64,000 bases of DNA, taken from positions 416,001-480,000 of the forward strand of contig CAVXTH010000005.1 in assembly GCA_963764625.1 (NCBI GenBank). The letters are read 5' to 3'. Each line of letters opens with the position of its first letter. Within the stretch, counting starts at the first letter, position 1. This document shows positions 50,043 to 59,817 of the stretch, piece after piece. This DNA is from Candidatus Krumholzibacteriota bacterium (lineage in GTDB: Bacteria; Krumholzibacteriota; Krumholzibacteriia; JAJRXK01). The translations under genes were made by a program, and so were the position numbers. The notes below the pieces were generated by a model. That model worked only from the letters and a program-made list of their open reading frames with translations, was not told the DNA's origin and did not search any database.

Positions 50043-51938
50043 CTACTCGAGCGATAGCTTGGCATTCCGTATAGGAACCACCATCACCCGAGTTCCATTG
50101 ACTTCTCTCCATTCTCGCACAGCCTGAAAGCGTACCGTGGTCTCTCGAGTCATTTCATGGTTTGGCAAGGGAATCGTGGTTTCCACCCAAGTCCAAGGGC
50201 GGGCAGGGAGTCGCAAGAGTTTCAGCGCAGCATTCTCGGGCTTGATCTTCAATTCCTGCACTGGAACCATGAATTCAGAGCTGGCCACCTCGAAGGTCAA
50301 ATTCGCCGAGCCTTCATAATGGGCAACCAGGTCAGCGTCCTTCCGGGATGCCCAGCGAAAATCGCCGGGTTCCCAAGGGCCCCATCCCTTCCCGTACTCC
50401 ACCATGGGTGCCCGACGCAGAGAAAGACACAGATCCCCCACTCGACATAGCAGACTGTCTCCGACGGCCGGATCACCGGAACGCATTACAAAAAAGGAAT
50501 GACCCGGTGTTGTGCCCTTGTTGGATGGTGGAAGAGCGGTGAATGACAATTCCGTAGTCGCCGTGAACCCACGCTTTGAAAGTTCATTCCGAACGGATAC
50601 CAACAGCAGATTCCATTGCGCACCTTCGGGCACGACGTGAATCCATGTCTGGTTCAAATCTTCCGCGGCATTTTCCAGCGAATCAGAGACCCTCTTCACC
50701 GTCTGGGCATTGGGATCCTGCCTGCTAAGAACCTTTTCGATAGCCTCACTCCGAAATGCCACAATCAGGCATACCATCGCCACACCGAGCGACACGGTGG
50801 TGCCTATTTTGGGGGTTCTCCGCCAAGACCACTTCAGTGCCGTATCCAACCTCAGCCACAAAAAGAGCCCCGGAATCAATGGGATCCACACGAACAAATA
50901 GTGGAGTGCTGGACCTGTCACCAAAAGCACGGATGCGATTGCCCAGACCATCAGGAGGGTTCCAAGTATGTAGATTCTGCGAGCCCACGAACGTAGCGCA
51001 CCCGGGTTCGCCCATAGCGCTACCAGCAATCCAATCCCCAGCACCGAAGACACGGTGAATACGGGGACTTGGTGGCCATGCACGGGAAACGGAGAAGACT
51101 GCAGGCCCAAAACCCAAGAGGGAAATTCGCCCAGAAGAGCCATGGACTCGCGCAGAGTTCCGGCGTGGACTGATGACGACCCCATGAGAGCCAATGTCAT
51201 GTCCCAGAGATTGCCCCGCACGCCATGCAGCAACGCGATGATTGGTGGGACCCACACCAAGAGAATGAGAATCCACAGGATTAGTGAATGATGAGAGTAG
51301 TGCCCGCGCTTCCCTCTCAGAGTTTGCCAAACGACTATCCCGACGATCGCAAGCGCAACGATCGGAAGATATGAGACATGGAGCTGGATGAGATAGCTTC
51401 CAACTAGGGCGAGCGAGGCTAGCCCCCCTCCGCGCGTTGTATCGCACGCGAGAACAGCCATCACGACGAATAGGACAAACGGCATCAGAGCAAGGTAGGG
51501 ATTCCAGGGCAGACAAAGCACCGTCGGCCCCCAGAACACCAACAACAGCGTGAGTACGATGCCAAATGACGATGCGAATTCCCTCTTCTGGCGCCTCAGC
51601 AGCTTAAGTGCGAGAGCAGCAAACAGGAAGTTGTGCAGCCACGCAGCTAGGTGCAGCGCATCGGTGGACCCTCCAAAGAGATTGTAGAAGGGCCACAGCA
51701 CGTAGTACATGGCCGGGCCAGGGTGAAACCAGCCAAGTCGCGAGTGCACTCCCAACAAAGGAAGATCCCTCGGCATGGCACGGAGCCATGACTCGATGAC
51801 CGCGACGTCTGCGAAAGGGGGATGAAGCGCAGGAAGACCAAGCAGGAGGAATAACAGGAGGACTATTAGCGGCAACCATACGCTCATCACTTGAAGGATA
51901 TCTGAAACCACTCGATTCGGCCCAGGCACCTCAGTCAT
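50043..51938 (-). CDS. Polytopic membrane protein, GT-C (ArnT/PMT-like) glycosyltransferase-like
   Basis: D..........LLG.HSR.G.FHPGP..YY, PWNPY, QLH motifs and a soluble C-terminal domain with FRW. Visibly lower GC. Confidence 0.65.
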   Translation of the reverse strand: MTEVPGPNRVVSDILQVMSVWLPLIVLLLFLLLGLPALHPPFADVAVIESWLRAMPRDLPLLGVHSRLGWFHPGPAMYYVLWPFYNLFGGSTDALHLAAWLHNFLFAALALKLLRRQKREFASSFGIVLTLLLVFWGPTVLCLPWNPYLALMPFVLFVVMAVLACDTTRGGGLASLALVGSYLIQLHVSYLPIVALAIVGIVVWQTLRGKRGHYSHHSLILWILILLVWVPPIIALLHGVRGNLWDMTLALMGSSSVHAGTLRESMALLGEFPSWVLGLQSSPFPVHGHQVPVFTVSSVLGIGLLVALWANPGALRSWARRIYILGTLLMVWAIASVLLVTGPALHYLFVWIPLIPGLFLWLRLDTALKWSWRRTPKIGTTVSLGVAMVCLIVAFRSEAIEKVLSRQDPNAQTVKRVSDSLENAAEDLNQTWIHVVPEGAQWNLLLVSVRNELSKRGFTATTELSFTALPPSNKGTTPGHSFFVMRSGDPAVGDSLLCRVGDLCLSLRRAPMVEYGKGWGPWEPGDFRWASRKDADLVAHYEGSANLTFEVASSEFMVPVQELKIKPENAALKLLRLPARPWTWVETTIPLPNHEMTRETTVRFQAVREWREVNGTRVMVVPIRNAKLSLE

Positions 51939-52194
51939 AATTCACCCATGAGTTCTCGCTAGCGGAAAGATCGCCATTAGCTCAAGCATAACCTGTCTTC
52001 GCGCACCAGCACACGGCGAGATGGCAGCCATGGCGGAAAGTGTACTTCTAGTGCAAGGCAGCATACAATATGTACGGGGATCATGATCCATGTAGAAGCA
52101 GACTGTCACCCTAGCAAATCGCTCGAATGGAGTAGCATCTTTCCAAGAAGACGTCCCATTGTGAAGATGGTTCCAGCGTTCAACAGGTCATTTC

Positions 52195-53958
52195 GTGCAT
52201 GCTATCATTCGGAATAAGAGCACGTGCGGGGCGGTGTTCTCTTGGACCTTGCTCGCCGTGGGGATAGCCGTACTCCTCTCGGCGAACTGTATTACCGGCA
52301 AGGTCGACTACACTGGTTGTGACGCCCACGGGAATCTGCTGACATCGCAAGTACTCGTCGAAACAGGTCATCTTTGGCTAGAATCCTACCTCGCGAAGTC
52401 CGATTCTCTGAGCTATGGCATCTCCGAGCGAAACCAACACCTTATCTACTTCTTCCCGATGGGAACGCCCATTCTCTCGATACCCGTCGTGGCCTTCGTC
52501 ACGTCCTTTGGTGCAGATCTGCGGGTTCGGGCCCAGGATCGAGTTCTGCAACGCATACTGGCCGCATTGACGGTTGGCCTCGCGTTTCTACTTCTCTATG
52601 CGTTTTGCCTCCGCTTCTTGCCATCGCTCGAGAGTCTGATTCTCTCGGCAACCTTCATCGGCGGGAGCTCGTTCATCAGTACGGCTGGCACAGCACTTTG
52701 GAGTTTGGACTTCGGATTCGTGCTCATCATTCTCGCGATGCTTCTCTTGCTGCGGGATGGTTCGGGCGGGAAGCCGCTCCGTGGATCTGCGGTCGTGGCA
52801 GCCGGAATCAGTCTGTGCTTCGCCTTTATGTGTAGACCGACTTTCGCGATTCCGGCCGTTCTGCTGACTTTGGATACTCTCTTGAGGAACCGCCGCGCGG
52901 GACTCATCCTCGTCGCAACAAGCATTACATGTGCAGTTCCAGCGGCTATATTCTCGTTGCGGGAATACGGCACCCTCCTGCCTGCCTACTACTTGCCGAG
53001 CAGAATCGATGGCCACGCAAGCTTTCTCGTGAGTCTGACGGGACACCTCGTCAGTCCAGGGCGCGGAGTCTTCGCCTTCAATCCATTCTTGATCGTGGTG
53101 TTCGTGGTTCTCGTTGCGACCTTGCGACGCTGGAGAACGAAACGACTGGCATGGCTCGCACTCGTGTGGATCGGTGCCCATCTCATGGTGATCGCCAAGT
53201 TCCCCCATTGGTGGGGGGGCTGGTCCTACGGGAGCCGTTTTTTTGCGGATGCTCTACCCGGCTTCGCACTCTTGACGATCGTACTCTGGTCGAGCTTGCG
53301 CGACCCCCCCCTTACGCGTCGCGTTCGTTGGGCGATTCGGCTCTTTCTGGCGACCGCGATCCTCGGTCTCTGGATCAATTCCTATCAGGGGATTCGCAAT
53401 CCTTCTACCCTACTCTGGAATGGTGAGCCCGACGTAGACATCTATCCCGCCAAACTCTTCGACTGGGACTATCCTCAGTTTCTCGCCAGTCCAGCCCGTA
53501 ATGCCGCTCAAGGGCGCGAGTATTACGTGCCGCGATTGGAACCTATTCCAAGTGATCAACTCACAACGCCGGATAGCCCCTACCTCTACCTGGAGAACTG
53601 GTTCCCCATCGAACACGGCGAAAACGATCAGTGGCGGTGGTCGCGGGGAAAGACAGTACGAATCTGGTTCAAAGACGCACCCGGTGCACTGACCGAACGA
53701 CTCACGGTGGGAGTCGGATCCGTTGGTGAGCAGACGATCAGCGTATCTTGCGACGGAACGTCTTTGGATACGTTCACGCACGAAGGATTCGCACCGCAAA
53801 CGATCTCTTGGATTCTGCCTTCGCCCGAAGGGAGCAGAGAAGAAGGCCGGATTCGAGAGATAGCGTTCCACATCCCCAAAGCCAAGAAGGTACAAGACGC
53901 GCAGGGAAGCATAGGCCTAGGCCTCCATTGGCTTCGCATCGAACGGGCCGGAAATTGA
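52195..53958 (+). CDS. Polytopic membrane protein, GT-C glycosyltransferase-like
   Basis: YFFP.G, CRP, L.SPGRG.F.FNP, WWGGWSYGSRF, C-terminal WRWS domain. GTG start. Visibly lower GC. Confidence 0.65.
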   Translation: MHAIIRNKSTCGAVFSWTLLAVGIAVLLSANCITGKVDYTGCDAHGNLLTSQVLVETGHLWLESYLAKSDSLSYGISERNQHLIYFFPMGTPILSIPVVAFVTSFGADLRVRAQDRVLQRILAALTVGLAFLLLYAFCLRFLPSLESLILSATFIGGSSFISTAGTALWSLDFGFVLIILAMLLLLRDGSGGKPLRGSAVVAAGISLCFAFMCRPTFAIPAVLLTLDTLLRNRRAGLILVATSITCAVPAAIFSLREYGTLLPAYYLPSRIDGHASFLVSLTGHLVSPGRGVFAFNPFLIVVFVVLVATLRRWRTKRLAWLALVWIGAHLMVIAKFPHWWGGWSYGSRFFADALPGFALLTIVLWSSLRDPPLTRRVRWAIRLFLATAILGLWINSYQGIRNPSTLLWNGEPDVDIYPAKLFDWDYPQFLASPARNAAQGREYYVPRLEPIPSDQLTTPDSPYLYLENWFPIEHGENDQWRWSRGKTVRIWFKDAPGALTERLTVGVGSVGEQTISVSCDGTSLDTFTHEGFAPQTISWILPSPEGSREEGRIREIAFHIPKAKKVQDAQGSIGLGLHWLRIERAGN

Positions 53959-53975
53959 TCTCTGCCACCTGCGCT

Positions 53976-55010
53976 TTACTGCGCCATGATCTTGGCCAAG
54001 AGCTCGTCGTCGGCTTTCAAAAAGCCGGCCTTCATGATGCGCGGCGTGAGCACACGCCAGTTCTCGCCCTTGGCGAAGATCTCCTTGAACAGGGCGAGTG
54101 CCGCATCGGTTTCGCCCGCGTTGCTCAGCGCCACCGCGTACCAGTAGCTGGCCTCGAGGTTGTCCCCCAGGATGTGCTGCGCCGCGCCGTAGGCACGCTT
54201 GGCCGCGGGCAGGTCGTCCTTCTCCACCGCGAGATCGCCCGCGTTCATCATGTCGTAGCCATGCTGGAGAACCAGGAGTCGGCCGAGTTCCTCCACCGGC
54301 TTCTTCGCGTCCTCCACCCTCAGATCGACCAACACGTCGTTCCAGGGCTGCCCGGAGGGCGTCCCCTTCACCACCAGCATCGCGGCCGATTGCCGGCCAC
54401 GGATGTCTCCGCCCTCTTTCTGGGCGGCCTGCAGAGCCGCCAGCATGCGCTGGGAGAGATCGCCCTCGGCCTTTTCGAAGGCGGCGGCCATGGCATCGGG
54501 CACCGTGCTGCGCTCCATGAGATTCGCCTGGCAACTGTAGTTCTCGCCCGCGTGGTCGCCTGCCTCCGCGATGCACCCACTGCCGGTGTGCACCGCCACC
54601 CTCCCCTGGGCGTCGATCATGGCCACCTGACGGATTTCCGGGTGTTCATCGGCTTGCAGTAGGGCCTTCAGGGTCGCCGGAGCCGGGCGTCCCGCCGCCA
54701 TCATGTCGAGCCCCAGAGGACCATAGGTGACGTCGACCATCGACTGGGTGGCCACGGCGCCGACTCCGGCCCGCGCCCAGGGAACGACACTGCCCACGCC
54801 GAACCAGTGCGATTGCACCGCCACTCCCAGCTGCCCTGTTTTCGGATCGCGGGCCACGATGGAATAGGTGGTGACGGGCCGGATGCGGGAGATCCGAGAG
54901 CCGCTCGCAACAGTGGCCGGGGAACTGGCCGCGGATGTAACTGATGTAACTACGGAGAGGAAAAGGCAGAGAACGAGGAGCGGGAAACTCTTGAGCGGCC
55001 TGGCGTGCAT
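53976..55010 (-). CDS. DUF1028 (Ntn-hydrolase-like) protein with C-terminal TPR
   Basis: TYSIVARD, GVAVQSH, GAVATQ, GGDIRGRQSAA, DLRVED. Confidence 0.9.
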   Translation of the reverse strand: MHARPLKSFPLLVLCLFLSVVTSVTSAASSPATVASGSRISRIRPVTTYSIVARDPKTGQLGVAVQSHWFGVGSVVPWARAGVGAVATQSMVDVTYGPLGLDMMAAGRPAPATLKALLQADEHPEIRQVAMIDAQGRVAVHTGSGCIAEAGDHAGENYSCQANLMERSTVPDAMAAAFEKAEGDLSQRMLAALQAAQKEGGDIRGRQSAAMLVVKGTPSGQPWNDVLVDLRVEDAKKPVEELGRLLVLQHGYDMMNAGDLAVEKDDLPAAKRAYGAAQHILGDNLEASYWYAVALSNAGETDAALALFKEIFAKGENWRVLTPRIMKAGFLKADDELLAKIMAQ

Positions 55011-55079
55011 CGAATGCTCCTTTCGCGAGAGTCGCTCGGAGCATTGTACACGGGTTCCGGCCGCTCAACCAGCTTCAGC

Positions 55080-56576
55080 TCAGGGCGCGTGACACTCGGT
55101 ACAGTTGGTGTCCTTCCAGGCTCCGTCGATGTCCACCGGGTGACGATATTCGTGGCCCCCGATGTCGGTGAAGCCGGTTCCGTCATCGAACTGCTGCGCC
55201 ACGATGGTATGACAGACGTTGCAGTCGTGGGGAATGGCCTCGCCGTTCTCGCTCACGTGATTGCCGTCATGACAGCGGAAGCACCCATCGCTGAAGAGGT
55301 GACCGATGTTGTCTGCATGGGCTTTCCAGTCGGTCTTCATCTCGGGGAAGTAGTTCTTGGTGTACATGTCCCAGGTCACGTCGACTGCAGCCTGGATCTG
55401 AGCGGGAGCGGCGCCGGCGTCGGAGCATGCTTTCCTGACGTAGTCTTTCAACCCCTTCGCCGCCTCAGCGCGGTTCGCGTAGTCCTGCTCCATGGCGTCG
55501 ACCATGATGCCCTTGATGCCCGGAATCGTCTTGCTCACCTCGCCGGAGGCCAGAGCGTGGTTGGCGAGGTGGGCCGGTGGATTGTAGCGATGCGAGGGCC
55601 GGTTGTGACAGTCGATGCAGTCCATCACCCGGATGTTCTCGTCATTGAGAGTGCTCTCGTCGAAGTCTTCCTCGGTGCTCTTGAACACCTTGACCGTTCC
55701 GTCGGCCGTGGTCGAGCGCACCCAGGGAATCACCTGACGACGACCATCGGTCGCCACGTATTCCACCTTGTTCGCCGAGTTGCTGTGCCAGTGGATGCCT
55801 TCGGTGTGCCCGGTCTCGCTGTGCGCGCCGCCGGTCTTCAACAGCAGGTGGAGACGGAAGTGCCGATTGTCGTCTTCGCTCGAGTAGTAGTCGTGGACCA
55901 CGTATCGGTCGCTGTAGAAGACCTCGGGCCAGTGGCACTGCTCGCAGGTTTCTCTTGAAGGCCGCAGGTTCTTGATCGGGGTGTGAATCGGTTTGGGGTA
56001 GACGTTGGCCAGGACCGCGTAGACCTGATAGCTCCCCGAGAGTTTCGAACGAACGAACCATTCGGCGCCGGGACCGATGTGACACTGCACGCAGCGCACT
56101 TTGGCGTGCGGGGAATTCTGGTAGGCCACGAACTCCGGCTGCATGACCTTGTGACAGGTCTCTCCGCAGAACTTCACGCTCTCGGTGGCCTCGTAGGCCT
56201 GGTAGGTCCCGAAGGCGGTCATGCCCAGGAAGATGGCCGTCCCCACCGTGAAGATGATGGTCGCCCGCCGGGTGCGGCTGTCGTTGAGATCGACTCGGGG
56301 AAGCGGCTTGTCCGGGCGGCCCTGCACGCGGCGGCGGTGTTGCCGCCAGGCGCCGACCATCACCGTCACCAATCCCAGGATGAGGAAGATCGGCAGGATG
56401 ATGAAGGCGATGATCCCCATGTAGGGGCTCGAGTCCTTGCTCAGGGCCTCCAGAATCATCAAAAAGAAGATCAAAAGAAGGCTCAGGGCCGCCAGGGAGG
56501 CCCCCACCATGGTGACGAGGTTGTAGAAGACCGAGGGGAGCTTCTTCTGGGGCGGAGTCTGACCTTCAGGATTCAC
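55080..56576 (-). CDS. ImcH-like NapC/NirT-family inner-membrane multiheme quinol dehydrogenase
   Basis: Three N-terminal TMs (PYMGI..F..LP), FCGETCH plus 6 CxxCH, NLRP.RETCEQCHWP, GIHWH, MDCIDCHNRPSH, GCFRCHDGNH. Confidence 0.88.
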   Translation of the reverse strand: MNPEGQTPPQKKLPSVFYNLVTMVGASLAALSLLLIFFLMILEALSKDSSPYMGIIAFIILPIFLILGLVTVMVGAWRQHRRRVQGRPDKPLPRVDLNDSRTRRATIIFTVGTAIFLGMTAFGTYQAYEATESVKFCGETCHKVMQPEFVAYQNSPHAKVRCVQCHIGPGAEWFVRSKLSGSYQVYAVLANVYPKPIHTPIKNLRPSRETCEQCHWPEVFYSDRYVVHDYYSSEDDNRHFRLHLLLKTGGAHSETGHTEGIHWHSNSANKVEYVATDGRRQVIPWVRSTTADGTVKVFKSTEEDFDESTLNDENIRVMDCIDCHNRPSHRYNPPAHLANHALASGEVSKTIPGIKGIMVDAMEQDYANRAEAAKGLKDYVRKACSDAGAAPAQIQAAVDVTWDMYTKNYFPEMKTDWKAHADNIGHLFSDGCFRCHDGNHVSENGEAIPHDCNVCHTIVAQQFDDGTGFTDIGGHEYRHPVDIDGAWKDTNCTECHAP

Positions 56577-56890
56577 GCGGGTTCTCCGAAAAAGAGCGAG
56601 AACGTTCGGCCCGAGCCGCCGGGGAGAGCGGTCAGGAGTGCTGGAGCAGGAGGTCGAATATAGGTGTTGAGAGGAGCTTCACCTAGTCCCTTTTGGTTGT
56701 CAATGCCCTCAAAAATCGCCGGCCCCAAATCTGACCTTGACCTCGCAAGTTCTTCAGCAACAATTAGATGAACTATGGGCCCATCGCTTGGCTCCCAATA
56801 GCGGAGTGGTGTGCCCGATGCTTCTCTTCTGGTCTTTCCCCGGCGATCCTCGAGGACTTTCTCGGCACGCGTGAAGAAAAGAGGCTTGGA

Positions 56891-58249
56891 GTGAAAACTA
56901 TCCACGAACTTGGATCGAAGCGAATTCGCTCCTCCACGTGGACCCGCGTTCTGCTTCTGGTGCTCAGCAGCGCCTTCCTGTTCAGCCCGCCGGCGCGGGC
57001 CCAAACGGAAGCAAAAAAGAATACGGCGTTCTCCAGCGCGGAAACCTGGTATCTCCGCTCCCGGTCGACGGGCTACGCCTATACGACGGCGCCCAGGACC
57101 GCGGTTACGGACGAGATGAACCACTTCGAGTTCTACCAGCATCTCGATGGGGCGTTCAGTGGGATGGCGCAGGGCAAGCTCGACTTTCGCTTCTCGGGTC
57201 GCTTTGCCGACGACTTCGATATGAGGGCCAACCCGACCACCCCGCATCGCCTGTACTCGCTCTATCTGCAGTACCACACTCCCCGGCGCGGCCGCGTACG
57301 TCTGGGCCGGCTCTTCGTGCAGGAGGGGGTCGCCAACTACACGATGGACGGCCTCTATGTGGCTTGTAAGCCCACCCGGCGTCTCCAACTGCGGGCGTGG
57401 GGCGGCGCCCGTTCGCCCTACAACATGGAGTATGAAGCCAGCAATCTCAGTGATGAAACCGCCGTAGGGGCACGCGCTATCGCTCTTCTGACTCCGTGGA
57501 TGAACCTGGGCATGGACTGGTCCTATCTCGAGCACGACGGCGCCACCGCCTATCGGAAGGTGGGGGCCGAGGCGATGCTGAATCCGGGAAACGGGTTGCG
57601 CACCATTCTGCGGGCCCATTACGAAACTGAGACCGAGCAGTGGGACCGAGCGGAGTTGTTGGCGTGGTATCGCCCCACTCCCGGCTGGCCCATGCTGAAC
57701 CTGCAGTACCTCGACCGCCGGCAGAGCGTGGAAAAGAACACCTATTGGGAGAGGTTTTTGCCCTCGCTCGATCGCGTGCGTCTGGCCCGTGCCTCGGCGC
57801 GCTACGAGAACGCCGAACAGTGGGGAGTGGAGCTCGAGTACTTCGGCTCCTTCGTCGATGAGTTCCAACAGACGCGTCTGGGCGGAGCGGTTCTCTTCCC
57901 CTACGGCCGTCTGGGGTATTCGCTGCGCCTGGGCGATGCGGGTGAGGAGAGCCGCTGGTTCGGCGACCTTCGCTGGCAGCCGCTCCCCTGGTGGAACCTG
58001 AGTGGGGGAGCGATGCTCTCCACCTATGCCCTCTTGAAGGACGCTCCCGACGACCTCGAGCGCGATCTGGTCACTCTCTACGCCCGCAGCGTCACCCGCC
58101 TGCGGGATGGACTCAATCTTCACCTGGAATTCCAGAGTCTGGACAATCCGCAGTATTCCAAGGACATGCGCTTCTTGATCGGCGTCGATCTCGCCATGGG
58201 ACGGGGCGCCTCGAGTACCGGACTTGGAACAGGGGGGTGGTTGCAGTGA
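56891..58249 (+). CDS. Outer-membrane beta-barrel (porin of a putative porin-cytochrome conduit)
   Basis: Signal peptide (ARA), many amphipathic aromatic-rich strands, RLGRLFV..G....DG. Stop overlaps the GTG of the dodecaheme gene. Confidence 0.75.
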   Translation: MKTIHELGSKRIRSSTWTRVLLLVLSSAFLFSPPARAQTEAKKNTAFSSAETWYLRSRSTGYAYTTAPRTAVTDEMNHFEFYQHLDGAFSGMAQGKLDFRFSGRFADDFDMRANPTTPHRLYSLYLQYHTPRRGRVRLGRLFVQEGVANYTMDGLYVACKPTRRLQLRAWGGARSPYNMEYEASNLSDETAVGARAIALLTPWMNLGMDWSYLEHDGATAYRKVGAEAMLNPGNGLRTILRAHYETETEQWDRAELLAWYRPTPGWPMLNLQYLDRRQSVEKNTYWERFLPSLDRVRLARASARYENAEQWGVELEYFGSFVDEFQQTRLGGAVLFPYGRLGYSLRLGDAGEESRWFGDLRWQPLPWWNLSGGAMLSTYALLKDAPDDLERDLVTLYARSVTRLRDGLNLHLEFQSLDNPQYSKDMRFLIGVDLAMGRGASSTGLGTGGWLQ

Positions 58250-59139
58250 AGCAGCTTTTTGTCATCGGTCTCTGCGTTCTGATCCTGCCCGTCTTCGCGG
58301 CGCTCGCTCTGGGCGACAGCCCGCCCGCGCCGAACACGGGAATCCGGCAGGTGCACGACATCCACGCTCAAAACGAGATCGAGTGTGAAACCTGTCACGA
58401 GGCGGTTCCGGACGCCAACGCTTTGACCGGACTTCTCCCCACGATGGATACGTGCGCGAACTGCCACGACGTCGAGGACGAGAACAACTGCAAGATGTGC
58501 CATCTCGGCGATGAGCCCACCGGCTATCCCGAGGAAGCGGCGAGCATGAGCTCGGGCCTGACGGAACTGGCGCACTTTCCCCACCAATCCCACATCCAGA
58601 AACAGGAGCTAGCGTGCACTGGCTGCCATACTCCCGATGGCAAAGGCGGAGAGACTTTTCCGCAGCACCCGCAGTGCAGGAGCTGCCATGCGACCGCGGC
58701 CGGTTACACGGACTGCTCGATGTGCCACGGCGACGGCGCCGCGCCGGTACCCGAGAGTCACGGCCCGCAGTGGATGAGCGAGCACGCGCTGGACGCCACC
58801 TTCGACCAGAACAAGTGCGAGAGCTGTCACACGCAGACCGACTGCCAGGATTGCCATAACGGCGACAATGTCCGTCCGCGGGTGCACGACGTGAACTTCG
58901 CGTTCAGTCACGCTCTCGAGGCCCGAAGCAACCAAATGCTCTGCCAGACCTGCCACGAGGATCCCGTGTTCTGCTCCAGTTGCCACGCGGCGGAACAGGT
59001 TCTGCCGGAGAATCACTCGCGCGCGGACTGGGTCACCAGCCGGCACGGCGTCGAAGCGAGCTTCAATCTCGAATCCTGCATCGCCTGTCACGATGCCGGT
59101 GAACAAGATCCCACCTGTGCCCGTTGCCACGGAAGGTAG
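58246..59139 (+). CDS. Periplasmic dodecaheme c-type cytochrome
   Basis: Signal peptide and 12 CxxCH motifs in about 297 aa. Confidence 0.92.
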   Translation: MKQLFVIGLCVLILPVFAALALGDSPPAPNTGIRQVHDIHAQNEIECETCHEAVPDANALTGLLPTMDTCANCHDVEDENNCKMCHLGDEPTGYPEEAASMSSGLTELAHFPHQSHIQKQELACTGCHTPDGKGGETFPQHPQCRSCHATAAGYTDCSMCHGDGAAPVPESHGPQWMSEHALDATFDQNKCESCHTQTDCQDCHNGDNVRPRVHDVNFAFSHALEARSNQMLCQTCHEDPVFCSSCHAAEQVLPENHSRADWVTSRHGVEASFNLESCIACHDAGEQDPTCARCHGR

Positions 59140-59142
59140 ACC

Positions 59143-59571
59143 ATGCGTGTTCGCCAATCCCTAGGCCTATTGCTCGTCCTTCTTCTCCTGGCCCTCCTCG
59201 CGGTGGCCTGCGCCGATCGTAAGGATCCCACCGGCTCGTTCTACACCGCCCATCCCGAGCAGTGGATGGAGCAGCAGAGCGCCGACTTCCACGGGACGCT
59301 GGTGCGGCGCGATGGGCCTGAATTCTGCCAGAGTTGCCACGGTCAGGATTTCATGGGCGCCGGCGAAGCCCCAAGCTGCTACGAGTGTCACGACGGCCCC
59401 GGCGGGCATCCGGCCACCTGGATCAACCCCGACCCACCCTTCCACGGCGACCAGGTCGCCCTGACTGGCCCCCTGCCCTGCCGGGATTGCCACGGTCAGG
59501 ATTACCGCGGAGGCTGGACGGGAGTGTCCTGCTACATCTGCCACAACGGACCCGCCGGCAGTTCCTTCTAG
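59143..59571 (+). CDS. Lipoprotein tetraheme c-type cytochrome
   Basis: Lipobox LAVAC. 4 CxxCH in two tandem repeats of FHG......GP..CxxCHGQD.....SCYxCH.GP.G. Confidence 0.88.
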   Translation: MRVRQSLGLLLVLLLLALLAVACADRKDPTGSFYTAHPEQWMEQQSADFHGTLVRRDGPEFCQSCHGQDFMGAGEAPSCYECHDGPGGHPATWINPDPPFHGDQVALTGPLPCRDCHGQDYRGGWTGVSCYICHNGPAGSSF

Positions 59572-59617
59572 GGAATTCGGGCCCAGGCGAGCCCCTGCGA
59601 CGGCAACGTCCGAATTG

Positions 59618-59735
59618 TGTTGAAGAGTCCAACAGCCCTGTGGAGAGTCTCCACAGGGCTGTTTCTCACTTGCCCTGCAACGAGTTAGGCCGGTTTTGCG
59701 GAGTCATTCGCGTGTCCGTGTAGAAGAACCCCACA
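59618..59735. promoter_or_regulatory. Three TGT-N11-ACA putative upstream activator sequences
   Basis: TGTTGAAGAGTCCAACA (59618-59634), TGTGGAGAGTCTCCACA (59639-59655), TGTAGAAGAACCCCACA (59719-59735). The first two are 21 bp apart. Confidence 0.6.
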
Positions 59736-59817
59736 AGCGCACGGAATGAGCTCCGAGACGCGGGAATGAAGCTGGATTTTCATCTTCTTTACTAACAACG
59801 AGTTGCAACTATTGTTT

